From Burkholderiales bacterium (GTDB taxonomy: Bacteria; Pseudomonadota; Gammaproteobacteria; Burkholderiales; Usitatibacteraceae): a stretch of DNA of 64,000 bases. Shown here piece by piece: positions 43,351 to 52,049 of this stretch. Numbering within the stretch: the first letter of the stretch is position 1; every line of letters starts with the position of its first letter. The stretch lies in NCBI GenBank assembly GCA_038244725.1, contig JBBRTF010000005.1, positions 6,336-70,335 on the forward strand. The letters are read 5' to 3'. The notes beneath the pieces were generated by a model. That model made no database searches, was not told the DNA's origin, and saw nothing but the letters and a program-made list of their open reading frames with translations. The translations under genes and the position numbers were made by a program.

Positions 43351-44033
43351 GGCGCCGGCTGCGGCGCCGAGCCGCTGTGGCGCCTGGCATAGGCGCGCAC
43401 GCCCACCAGGCAGGCGACCAGCCACACCGTGCTGATGCTCGCGGCCGCCAGCACGTCGCTCAGGAAATGCACGCCCAGGTAGATGCGCGAGAAGCCCACC
43501 AGCGCCACCATGAACGCGCAGGCCGCGACCGCGAGGATGCGCGCGGCGGTATTCCTCATTCGCCACACCATGTAGGCCGCGAGGAAGCCGTAGAAAAGCG
43601 TCGCGCCCGCGGTGTGCCCGCTCGGGAAGCTGCTCGAGGCGAGGGTGAGGAGGGGATCGTCCCACGAGGGGCGCGCGCGGTTGAAGAGGTGCTTCAGGAT
43701 CACGTTGAGCAGGAGTCCGCCCGGGACCGCGAGCGCGAGCGAAAGGACCCAGTAGCGGTCGCCATGGCGCCAGATGAAGTACGCGGCGATGGCGGCCATC
43801 ACCGGAATGCCGGCGGTCGAATGCATTTGCGTGATCGCCAGCAGGAACGCGGTGAACACGGGGCTGCCATGGGTGTGCAGCCAGACCGACACCTGCATGT
43901 CCTGCTTCAGCACGGGCGCCGTGGTCCAGACGCTGCGCGCGATGATCGCGAAGAGCGCCGCGGCGAGCACCATGACCGCCATGGCGATCCAGAAGCGCAC
44001 GTCGCGCGGACGCTTGATCTGCAGGGCGTCCAT
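43347..44033 (-). CDS. PAP2-family phosphatase (membrane)
   Basis: Motifs: KHLFNRARP, FPSGHT, SRIYLGVHFLSD (the three PAP2 motifs). The stop overlaps the kinase start (4 nt). Confidence 0.85.
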   Translation of the reverse strand: MDALQIKRPRDVRFWIAMAVMVLAAALFAIIARSVWTTAPVLKQDMQVSVWLHTHGSPVFTAFLLAITQMHSTAGIPVMAAIAAYFIWRHGDRYWVLSLALAVPGGLLLNVILKHLFNRARPSWDDPLLTLASSSFPSGHTAGATLFYGFLAAYMVWRMRNTAARILAVAACAFMVALVGFSRIYLGVHFLSDVLAAASISTVWLVACLVGVRAYARRHSGSAPQPAP

Positions 44034-44164
44034 CAGCGCGCTTGCCTTCCGGGCCCGCCGTTGCGTCCGATTCCGTGGTCCCCCATCGCTCTTGCCGCGG
44101 CCTTTCCCATTCCCAATGCCGTTCGATCATTGACCGCGCGATGCGTTCGCGACGAGAATCGGCC

Positions 44165-44958
44165 ATGACCCGCCCAATCCTCGCCCTCGCCGGGCTCCTC
44201 ATCATGGCCTCCTGCGCTTCCACGCCTTCCGTCACCTCGTCGCTGCGCGCGGAGATGGCACCCACCGGCGTGTTGCGCGCGGCGGTGAACTTCGGCAACG
44301 TCTCCATCGCCCAGAAGGACCGGCGGGAGGCGATCCCCGCGGCGTGGGCCCCGACGTCGCGCGCGAGCTCGCGCACCGCCTCGGAGTGCCGATCCGCTAC
44401 GTGGTCTACGATACTGCGGGAAAGGTGGCCGACGCCGCGCAGGAGAGCGTCTGGGACGTGGCCTTCCTCGCCGTCGATCCGCAGCGCGCCCGCACCATCG
44501 CCTTCACCGCGCCGTACGTCGAGATCGGAGGAACCTACCTGGTGCGCGCCGACTCGCCGCTCGCCCGCGTCGCGGACTTCGACCGCAAGGGCACGCGCAT
44601 CGCGGTGGCGAAGGGCTCCGGCTACGACCTCTTCCTCACGCGCACGCTGAAGGATGCCGAGCTCATCCGCGCCGCCACCTCGCCTGCCGCGGTGGAGCTC
44701 TTCCGCGCCCAGCGCCTCGACGCGGTCGCCGGCATTCGCGAGCTCCTCACGCAGAACACCCGGCGCGATCCGTCGCTGCGCGTGGTCCAGGACAACTTCA
44801 TGACCATCGGACAGGCCGCCGCGGTGCCGCGCGGGCGCGACGCTTCCGCGCGTTACCTGCACGATGTGGTCGAGGAGCTCAAGGCCTCCGGCTTCGTCTC
44901 CCAGGCACTGAAGCGCAGCGGTTCCGACGACGCCACCGTCGCCCCGCCGGCGAAGTAG
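44165..44958 (+). pseudogene. periplasmic amino-acid/polar-solute binding lipoprotein (SBP_bac_3-like) with a 1-nt frameshift near 44318-44322
   Basis: Frame 1 reads MTRPILALAGLLIMASCAS...LRAAVNFGNVSIAQKD, then junk. The +2 frame reads PAGGDPRGVGPDVARELAHRLGVPIRYVVYDTAGK...IAVAKGSGYDLFL...QAAAVPRG. The total span is 794 nt, which is not a multiple of 3. The context gaCCgg suggests a shortened C-run. Confidence 0.7.
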
Positions 44959-44965
44959 CGCGCCG

Positions 44966-45781
44966 TCATTTCGGCAGGTTCGCCTCGATCAGCGCCCGCG
45001 AGATGGACTGCGGCGGGGAGAGCTCCGGCAACGCGTCCCCCGGGCCGAACCAGCGCGCCTCGGCGATCTCCGCGGCGTCCACCCTGATCTCGCCGCCGGC
45101 GTACTCGGCGGTGAACGCGATCATGACCGAGCCCGGGAAGGGCCAGGACTGGCTGGCGAAGTAGCGAAGGTCCTTCACGAAGAGGCCCACTTCCTCGTGC
45201 ACTTCCCGATGCACCGCGTCCTCCACCGACTCGCCCGGCTCGAGGAAGCCCGCCAGGGCGCTCATGCGCCCGCCGGGGGGCACCGCGGCGTTGCGCGCGA
45301 GCAGGATCGCGCCGCCCTTCTTCACCAGCACCATCATCGCCGGCGCGATGCGCGGGTAGGCGACGTGGCCGCACGCGCACTTCATCGCGCGCTGGCCCTC
45401 CACCATGTGCATCGGCTTGCCGCACGCGCCGCAGAAGCGATGGTTGCGCGCCCAGTCCGCGATCTGGAACGCGCGCCCGGCGATCGCGAGGGTCGCCTCG
45501 TCGACGCGCCCGAAGAGGGAGCGCAGTCCCTTGAACACGTATCCTTCGGGCGGCTTCGCATCGCGCGCGACCCACGCCGCCGCGCAATACTCCTTGCCGT
45601 AGACGCCCACCGGGAATACGCGTTCCGGACCGATGGCGAGCGACTTCACCACCGCGGGATCCGGGAGCGCAAGGCCGGCTTCGCGCAGCAGGAGCTCGCC
45701 GCCGCGAAACACGAACGTGCGTGGGCTGTCGTGCGCGATGGGCAGGGTGAGAGAGGAGAACGAGGCCGGCGTGACGATCAT
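44966..45781 (-). CDS. nudC: NAD+ diphosphatase (NADH pyrophosphatase)
   Basis: Starts at MIVTPASF. Zinc ribbon FCGACGKPM...KCACGH. Nudix box GFLEPGESVEDAVHREVHEEVG. Motif SQSWPFP. Confidence 0.8.
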   Translation of the reverse strand: MIVTPASFSSLTLPIAHDSPRTFVFRGGELLLREAGLALPDPAVVKSLAIGPERVFPVGVYGKEYCAAAWVARDAKPPEGYVFKGLRSLFGRVDEATLAIAGRAFQIADWARNHRFCGACGKPMHMVEGQRAMKCACGHVAYPRIAPAMMVLVKKGGAILLARNAAVPPGGRMSALAGFLEPGESVEDAVHREVHEEVGLFVKDLRYFASQSWPFPGSVMIAFTAEYAGGEIRVDAAEIAEARWFGPGDALPELSPPQSISRALIEANLPK

Positions 45782-45909
45782 GGTCCTGGGGCTTGTGCGC
45801 GTATCCTCGCGGTAGCTTACAAGAAGGCCTGGCCCGCACCGGAAACTTCCCGTCGCGCGCGCGAGTCTCACGCACCCCGTTCGCACCTTTCGCCTCCAAG
45901 AGGTATTCC

Positions 45910-46320
45910 ATGAACCGCAAGCACGGACTCGCCGCTTTCTTCGCAATCGCCATTGCGCCCGCCGCATTCGCCAACTACACCGTGAAGATGTACTCGATCG
46001 ATGCCCGCGGCCAGGACGCCTCCGTGGGCAGCATCCACGTCGCGGCGAATCCGAAGGGCGGCGTGGTCCTCACGCCCGACCTGAAGGGCCTGCCGCCGGG
46101 CGACCACGGCTTCCACATCCACGAGAAGGACAATTGCTCGGCGATGGAGAAGGACGGCAAGCTCGAGCCGGGCGAGGGCGCCGGGCCGCACTTCGACCCG
46201 AACAAGACCCACAAGCATGGGGGGCCCGCGGGCGGCGACAACTACTCCGACGATCCCAAGCCCAACGGCGGCGGCGGTGCGCGCATCGCCTGCGGCATGG
46301 TCCAGGCGGGGGAGAAATAG
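45910..46320 (+). CDS. sodC: Cu/Zn superoxide dismutase homologue lacking the central metal-ligand segment (136 aa)
   Basis: Signal peptide, then PPGDHGFHIHEKDNC...GAGPHFDPNKTHKHGGP joined directly to AGGDNYSDDPKPNGGGGARIACG. The H-x-GDLP...x-H-A segment (about 40 aa in E. coli SodC) is absent. Confidence 0.75.
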   Translation: MNRKHGLAAFFAIAIAPAAFANYTVKMYSIDARGQDASVGSIHVAANPKGGVVLTPDLKGLPPGDHGFHIHEKDNCSAMEKDGKLEPGEGAGPHFDPNKTHKHGGPAGGDNYSDDPKPNGGGGARIACGMVQAGEK

Positions 46321-46321
46321 C

Positions 46322-46882
46322 ATGCCGGCACGCCGCGTGGCAGTGATCGTCGGCAGCCTTCGCAAGGAAGCGTTCTCGAGGCGCACGGCCAACGCGCTTC
46401 GCGCGCTGCAACCGCCCACACTGAACCTCGAGATCGTCGAGATCCGCGATCTTCCCCTCTACAACCAGGACCTCGAGACCGACAGTCCGCCCGCGGCGTG
46501 GACGGCGTTCCGCGAGGCGGTGAAGGCCCACGACGCGGTGCTCTTCGTCTCGCCGGAGTACAACCGCTCGATCCCGGCGCCGATGAAGAACGCGATCGAC
46601 GTCGGATCTCGGCCCTACGGCAAGGCGTGCCTGAACGGCAAGCCCTGCGCCGTCGTGACGACCTCGCCCGGCGCGTACGGCGGCTTCGGCGCCAACCACC
46701 AGATCCGCCAGGCAGTGGTCTTCCTCGACATGCCGATGATGCAGATGCCCGAGATGTACATCAACGCGGTCGACAAAGTGGTCGACGCCTCCGGCAAGGT
46801 GCAGGCGGACAAGCGCGAGATGTTCGCGAACTTCCTGCGGAAGTTCGCGACCTGGATCGAGCGCAACATTCCTTCGGCCTGA
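46322..46882 (+). CDS. NAD(P)H-dependent FMN reductase (ChrR/YieF-like)
   Basis: Starts at MPARRVAVIVGSLRKEAFSRR. Motifs: DAVLFVSPEYNRSIPAPMKNAID and GKPCAVVTTSPG. Confidence 0.8.
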   Translation: MPARRVAVIVGSLRKEAFSRRTANALRALQPPTLNLEIVEIRDLPLYNQDLETDSPPAAWTAFREAVKAHDAVLFVSPEYNRSIPAPMKNAIDVGSRPYGKACLNGKPCAVVTTSPGAYGGFGANHQIRQAVVFLDMPMMQMPEMYINAVDKVVDASGKVQADKREMFANFLRKFATWIERNIPSA

Positions 46883-46883
46883 G

Positions 46884-47789
46884 ATGGCTCAGGCAGCCGA
46901 TCCGGGAAGGGCCGTGCTGGTGGCGCTCGGCGCGAACTTCGCCATCGCCATCACCAAGTACATCGCCGCTACCGTGACGGGCTCCGGGTCGATGTTCGCC
47001 GAGGCGGTCCACTCGAGCGCCGATTGCGGCAACCAGCTCCTGCTCCTGCTCGGCATGAAGCGCGCGAAGCGAGCGCCGACGCTGGACTACCCCCTCGGTT
47101 TCGGCAAGGAAACGTACTTCTGGTCGTTCATGGTGGCGATCCTGCTGTTCACCGTGGGCGGCGTGTTCTCGATCTACGAGGGCTGGCACAAGCTCGCGTC
47201 CCCGGAGGAGCTTAAGTATCCCGCGGTCGCGCTGGGTGTCCTCGCATTCGGCATGGTCGCGGAGAGCTTCTCGATGTGGGGGGCGCTTCGCGAGGTGAAC
47301 AAGGCGCGCGGCGCCCAGAGCCTCTGGGCTTGGTTCCGCGGTTCGCGCGAGAGCGAGCTCGTGGTGATCTTCGGCGAGGACCTCGCGGCGTTGCTGGGAC
47401 TCGCGTTCGCCTTCGTGGCCGTGCTCGCCACGTGGCTCACGGGAGAGCCCGTCTACGACGCCGCCGGCGGGATTGCGATCGGCGTGCTGCTGGTGGCCGT
47501 CGCCATCGCCGTGGCGATCGAGGTGAAGGCGATGCTCATCGGACAGGGCGTCGAGGCGGGCGTGCGCGCCGAAATGATGGCGTTCCTCGAATCCCAGGAC
47601 GGCGTCGAGCGCGTGATCGAGCTCCTCACGCTGCACATGGGCGCGGACGTGATGGTGGCGGTGAAGGCGAAGGTGCGCTCGCCGGGAAGCGTCGACGCCT
47701 TCGTGGACCGGATCAACGAGATCGAGGCCGCGTTCAAGGACCGTTTCCCGCAGACGCAGTGGATCTTCTTCGAGCCCGACGTGCGCTGA
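46884..47789 (+). CDS. cation diffusion facilitator (CDF) transporter
   Basis: 301 aa, 5-6 TM. Motifs: SGSMFAEAVHSSADCGNQ and a C-terminal cytoplasmic domain (LTLHMGADVMVAVKAKV). Confidence 0.8.
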   Translation: MAQAADPGRAVLVALGANFAIAITKYIAATVTGSGSMFAEAVHSSADCGNQLLLLLGMKRAKRAPTLDYPLGFGKETYFWSFMVAILLFTVGGVFSIYEGWHKLASPEELKYPAVALGVLAFGMVAESFSMWGALREVNKARGAQSLWAWFRGSRESELVVIFGEDLAALLGLAFAFVAVLATWLTGEPVYDAAGGIAIGVLLVAVAIAVAIEVKAMLIGQGVEAGVRAEMMAFLESQDGVERVIELLTLHMGADVMVAVKAKVRSPGSVDAFVDRINEIEAAFKDRFPQTQWIFFEPDVR

Positions 47790-47796
47790 CGGCGCT

Positions 47797-48075
47797 TTAG
47801 CGCCGGGCGCGGTTGTAGAGGAGGATCGCGCCTGCGGCGATGGCGCTCGCCAGCACCAGCGCGTTGCCCACCACGAAAACCCGGTCGCCCACGAGCGCGC
47901 TGTAGGCAAGGAACAGCGTCGACGCCGCGATCTGGCCGACGAAGAAAAGCTTGCTCACGCCGTGCTTCACCCGGTCGCGCCATTGCTTCCACGCCTGTCC
48001 CGACATGGTGAGGAAAAGCGCGGCCACGCCGGACCATCCTACCCAATGGGTGGCGTCGAATGCTCCCATGTCCAT
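47797..48075 (-). CDS. small 3-TM membrane protein (SemiSWEET/PQ-loop- or LAB_N-like)
   Basis: Start at MDMGAFDATHWVGW. About 92 aa with three hydrophobic helices. The family guess is weak. Confidence 0.5.
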   Translation of the reverse strand: MDMGAFDATHWVGWSGVAALFLTMSGQAWKQWRDRVKHGVSKLFFVGQIAASTLFLAYSALVGDRVFVVGNALVLASAIAAGAILLYNRARR

Positions 48076-48191
48076 CCCGATCGGACTGCACCGGGAAACT
48101 CGCGGTTCCGGGGCATGGCCGCAAACGGTTCGCATTTTTGACTAGAATCGCCGCACTTCAGGACGTGAAGGAATTCAAGAATGGATCCTGT

Positions 48192-49148
48192 GTGAACGAC
48201 CCCACCAACCCTTCGCGCGAGCTCGACGCCGCCAGCATCCGTGCCGCCGCGCAACGCATCGCCTCCCATGTACGCCGCACGCCGGTGGTCGAGGTCGACG
48301 GCGCCGATTTCGGCGCGCTGGGCGCGCGCCTCGTCTTCAAGCTCGAGTTCCTGCAGCATGCCGGCTCGTTCAAGACGCGCGGCGCCTTCAACCACCTCCT
48401 CACGCGCGACATCCCCGAGGCGGGAGTGGTGGCTGCGTCAGGCGGAAACCACGGCGCCGCGGTGGCTTATGCCGCGATGAAGATGGGGCGTCCCGCGACG
48501 ATCTTCGTGCCGAGCGTGGCGTCGCCCGCGAAGATGGAGCAGATTCGCGGCTACGGCGCGCGCCTCGAGATCGCGGGCGATCGCTACAACGACGCGCTCA
48601 TGGCGAGCCAGGAGTGGGCTGCCCAGTCGGGTGCCGCCGCGATCCACGCCTACGACCAGGTGGAGACGCTGCAGGGACAGGCGACCGTGGGCCTCGAGTT
48701 CGAAGAGCAGGCGAGCGATCTGGACGCGCTTCTCGTGGCGGTGGGCGGAGGAGGGCTCATCGGGGGCATCGCGGCGTGGTACGCGGGCCGCATCCCGGTG
48801 ATCGGCGTCGAGCCCGAGGCGGCGCCCACGCTCACCCGCGCGCTCGCCGCGGGCGAGCCCGTCGACGCGCCCGCGGGCGGCCTCGCCGCCGATTCCCTCG
48901 CGCCCAAGCGCGTCGGCGCCCTCATGTTCCCGATCGCGCAACGCCACGTGGCGCGCACCGTGCTCGTGACCGACGACGCGATCCGCGCGGCGCAGCGCGC
49001 GCTCTGGAAGACGCTGCGCGTCGTCGCCGAGCCCGGCGGTGCGGCGGCGCTCGCGTCCATCACGTCGGGGGCATGGACGCCGAAGGCGGGCGGGCGGGTC
49101 GGCGTGCTCCTCTGCGGGGCGAACACCACCGCGGTGGATTTCGGCTAG
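48192..49148 (+). CDS. PLP-dependent serine/threonine dehydratase (fold type II)
   Basis: GTG start at 48192 (VNDPTNPSRELD). Motifs: HAGSFKTRGAFN (PLP Lys), ASGGNHGAAVAYAA, AVGGGGLIGG. Confidence 0.8.
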   Translation: MNDPTNPSRELDAASIRAAAQRIASHVRRTPVVEVDGADFGALGARLVFKLEFLQHAGSFKTRGAFNHLLTRDIPEAGVVAASGGNHGAAVAYAAMKMGRPATIFVPSVASPAKMEQIRGYGARLEIAGDRYNDALMASQEWAAQSGAAAIHAYDQVETLQGQATVGLEFEEQASDLDALLVAVGGGGLIGGIAAWYAGRIPVIGVEPEAAPTLTRALAAGEPVDAPAGGLAADSLAPKRVGALMFPIAQRHVARTVLVTDDAIRAAQRALWKTLRVVAEPGGAAALASITSGAWTPKAGGRVGVLLCGANTTAVDFG

Positions 49149-49149
49149 A

Positions 49150-49400
49150 TCTCCGGGGGTCGCAAACGTCAGAACCGGCGTCCATGTGCCTTCCGCGTAA
49201 TCGTCCAGCGTGTGAGCATCGGCGCTCGCCGCGCTTTGTGAAGCGGGGAATTGGATGCCATACCCGGCCCGAATCATCGCCATGTCGATATTCACGGACT
49301 GGGGGTGATTGAGATAGCGCCAGTTCTCCGATATAGCCCTGTTCTGGACGATGAGGTATTCCAACAACGCCTTAGCGTCCCCGGCGGGATTGCCCATCAA
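49150..49400 (-). pseudogene. N-terminal remnant (~83 aa) of an unrelated gene, truncated at the dehydratase 3' end
   Basis: MMGNPAGDAKALLEYLIVQNRAISENWRYLNHPQSVNIDMAMIRAGYGIQFP...HTLDDYAEGTWTPVLTF is protein-like and AT-richer. The rest of track ORF 48438..49400 is an antisense shadow of the dehydratase. Confidence 0.45.
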
Positions 49401-49515
49401 CTGGGCACTTGTGGAAGCACGAAATCTCTTAGCGTGAGCATCTAATTCGGCGGGCTGTTGAATTGGCAGTCAGCCTCTCATTGGCGCACGTCGGTCAATC
49501 CAAGGTTGATTTCGC

Positions 49516-49532
49516 AATCCAAAGTTTGGATT
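49516..49532. promoter_or_regulatory. perfect 8-1-8 palindrome plus upstream half-site repeat
   Basis: AATCCAAA-g-TTTGGATT. CAATCCAA also occurs at 49496-49503. The site lies 120-160 nt upstream of the 49655 gene. Confidence 0.3.
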
Positions 49533-49654
49533 CGCCCGGGGGGCGCTTGCCGTCCGCGCGTTGTTGGCGCAGCGGCCATTTCAACGTCACGCACGGGAAA
49601 ATGTCACTATCCCGCGAGTAGCCAGTCCGTCCACTTTCCCCAAGGGAGAACAAC

Positions 49655-50599
49655 ATGAACTATCGCAAAGTCCTGCGCAGCGCTTGCGCGTTCGCCACCA
49701 CGTTGCTGCTGTCCGCATCGGCAAACGCCCAGATCTTCCGGGCCTACGTCGCAAGCGACGGCAGCGATGCAAATCCGTGCACGCTCCCCGCGCCCTGCCG
49801 CCTGCTCCCCGCGGCGCTGGCGGCGGTCGCTGATGGCGGGGAAGTCTGGATGCTGGATTCAGCCAACTACAACACAGGCCCGATCAACATCACCAAGTCA
49901 GTGAGCATCCTGGCAATTCCCGGCGCTGTAGGCAGCGTCGTGGCCACGGGGGGAGATGCGATCGACATCGCGACGGCGAACATCAACGTCACGCTGCGCA
50001 ACCTGGTGATCGTTCCCCTGCCGGGCACGGGCTTCGCGAACGGCGTCAGCATGACCGCCGGCGCCAGCCTCGTCGTGGACAACTGCGTCGTCGCCAACAT
50101 GCCGAACAACGGCATCAACGTGGTCGCGAACGCCAAGGTGCGCGTCACCGGCTCGACGATCCGGGGAAGTGGGAGCACGGGCATCTGGGTCCAGGGAGCA
50201 TCTGGCGGTACCGCATATGCCGACATCGCCGAATCGACCATCGACGGAAACGCAGCTCAGGGCGTTGTCATAATCTCGAACAATGCGACCGCTCTCGTGA
50301 AAGCCTCGATTCGAGACAGCCGCATCGTCCAGGGAGGCAATCATGGCGTGCTAGCCCAATCCGGTTCTGGCGCCACCGTCACGTTCGCGGTCAGCAACAA
50401 CATCATCTCGAACAACGGGAACGCTGGGATCGGAAGTTTCGGCGCCGGCGCCAAGGTTTGGGCGAGCGGAAACTCCGTGAGCGGCAACTCGACCGGCCTC
50501 CAGAACATCGCGGCCCTGTTCGAAAGCGCGGGCGACAACGCCGTGCGCAATAATGCCTCCAATACCTCGGGAATCATTTCTCCGGTATCCACCATGTGA
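49655..50599 (+). CDS. secreted right-handed parallel beta-helix repeat protein
   Basis: Signal peptide MNYRKVLRSACAFATTLLLSASANA. It has repeated about 22-aa turns rich in N/G/V/I (NCVVANMPNNGINVV, TIDGNAAQGVVI, NIISNNGNAGIG). Confidence 0.75.
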   Translation: MNYRKVLRSACAFATTLLLSASANAQIFRAYVASDGSDANPCTLPAPCRLLPAALAAVADGGEVWMLDSANYNTGPINITKSVSILAIPGAVGSVVATGGDAIDIATANINVTLRNLVIVPLPGTGFANGVSMTAGASLVVDNCVVANMPNNGINVVANAKVRVTGSTIRGSGSTGIWVQGASGGTAYADIAESTIDGNAAQGVVIISNNATALVKASIRDSRIVQGGNHGVLAQSGSGATVTFAVSNNIISNNGNAGIGSFGAGAKVWASGNSVSGNSTGLQNIAALFESAGDNAVRNNASNTSGIISPVSTM

Positions 50600-50683
50600 C
50601 GCGCCGAGAGATCCCAGACAAGGAAAGAGCCCGCCTTGCTCGTCATGCGCTCTTCGACTCGCTTCCCGGCGCGCGGTTCCACG

Positions 50684-51967
50684 CTAAAGCTGCGGACCGA
50701 GGAATCCGACCACGTGCTCCCAGGCCTTCTCGGTCCACGGGCGCGCCGCCCACTCCTCGAAGGTGACGCGCCTCGCGCGCTTCAGGTCGTTCTCGAAATC
50801 GGCGCTCTGGCGCTCGGCGAACCCGCGGTCGTGCACGTTGAGGTTCGCCTCGTCGTTCAGGCGGAAGGAGCGGCTATCGAAATTGGTCGACCCTACTGAG
50901 GTCCACACGTGGTCGACGATCAGGATCTTGCAGTGGAACATGGTCGGCTGGAACTCGTACAGTTCCGCTCCTGCCCGCAGGATGTCGCCCCACGTCGAGC
51001 GCGACGCGCCGCGCACGAGTAGAGAGTCGGTGATCGGGCCGGGGAGGAGGATTCGCACCTTCACGCCGCGTTTCAGGGCGGCGGTGAGCGCGTCCAGCGC
51101 CACCTTGTCGGGCACGAAGTACGCCATGGAAAGGTCGATGGATCGCGATGCCGCCGCGATCGAGATGAGGTACATGAGATGCGTGCTGTCTGCACCGCCG
51201 TCGGTGGAGCTCTTGAACATCTGCGCGAAGAGCGGCCCTTCGGGCTTTTGCGGCGGGAAGTACTCTTCGCCGTTCAGCACCTCGCCGCTCACCTTGGTCC
51301 AGTTGTCGGTGAAGGCGGCCTGCATCTGCGAGACGACAGGCCCCTCGACGCGGTAGTGCGTGTCGCGCCAGTGGTCCTTGTCCTGGGCATGGCCATTCCA
51401 GTTGTCCGCGATGCCGACCCCGCCCGTGAAGCCCACCTTGCCGTCCACGACGAGGAGCTTCCTGTGGGTGCGGTTGTTCAGGCGATCGAGCGTGTACCAC
51501 TTGAGCGGATGGTACTTGCGGATCTCCACGCCCGCGGACTTCATCTCATCCACGAGCCTCGCATCCATCTTCTGGCTTCCGGCCCAGTCGACGAGGATGT
51601 GCACCTTCACCCCCGCCCTCGCGCGCTCGGCCAGGGCGTCGGCGAACGCCTGGCCGATGTCGCCAGACCAGTAGATGTAGGTCTCGAAGGAGATCGTCTT
51701 TCGGGCCGCGCGGATCGCCGCCAGCATCGCGGGGAAGATCTGCTCGCCGTTGAGGAGCGTGTCGATGCGGTTGCCCTCGACGAGCGCCGGACCGAGGAGC
51801 ACGCCCATCACGCGGATGAACTGCGGGTCCTCCACGCCGTAGCGGTGGGCGATCTCGCGCTTCACCTCCTTCTCCGGGCTCGCGAAAAAGTTCATCCCGA
51901 GGATGGTGACGACGCTCGTCACGAGGAGGACGAGGATCAGCTTGGGCAGTGAGAAGCGGAATTTCAT
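50684..51967 (-). CDS. cls: cardiolipin synthase (PLD superfamily, two HKD motifs)
   Basis: Start at MKFRFSLPKLILVLLV (TM). First HKD: NNRTHRKLLVVDGKVGFTGG. Second HKD: MFHCKILIVDHVWTSVGSTNFD. Confidence 0.85.
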   Translation of the reverse strand: MKFRFSLPKLILVLLVTSVVTILGMNFFASPEKEVKREIAHRYGVEDPQFIRVMGVLLGPALVEGNRIDTLLNGEQIFPAMLAAIRAARKTISFETYIYWSGDIGQAFADALAERARAGVKVHILVDWAGSQKMDARLVDEMKSAGVEIRKYHPLKWYTLDRLNNRTHRKLLVVDGKVGFTGGVGIADNWNGHAQDKDHWRDTHYRVEGPVVSQMQAAFTDNWTKVSGEVLNGEEYFPPQKPEGPLFAQMFKSSTDGGADSTHLMYLISIAAASRSIDLSMAYFVPDKVALDALTAALKRGVKVRILLPGPITDSLLVRGASRSTWGDILRAGAELYEFQPTMFHCKILIVDHVWTSVGSTNFDSRSFRLNDEANLNVHDRGFAERQSADFENDLKRARRVTFEEWAARPWTEKAWEHVVGFLGPQL

Positions 51968-52049
51968 CGCGGCTTGAATGCGCGCGCGGCGCGCCAGGGT
52001 TGGAATGCCCCTACAGACACGCGTGCGCCCGCAGCGTTCCATCGCGCGC

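Noticed and set aside
42442-44862. 806-aa ORF as one protein
   Set aside because: It is composite. Only the last 302 codons (the lipid kinase) are protein-like. The rest overlaps the PAP2 gene out of frame and lies antisense to the SBP gene.
48438-49400. 320-aa minus-strand ORF as an intact gene
   Set aside because: About 240 of its codons are an Arg-rich antisense shadow of the dehydratase gene. Only the first ~83 codons look genuine.
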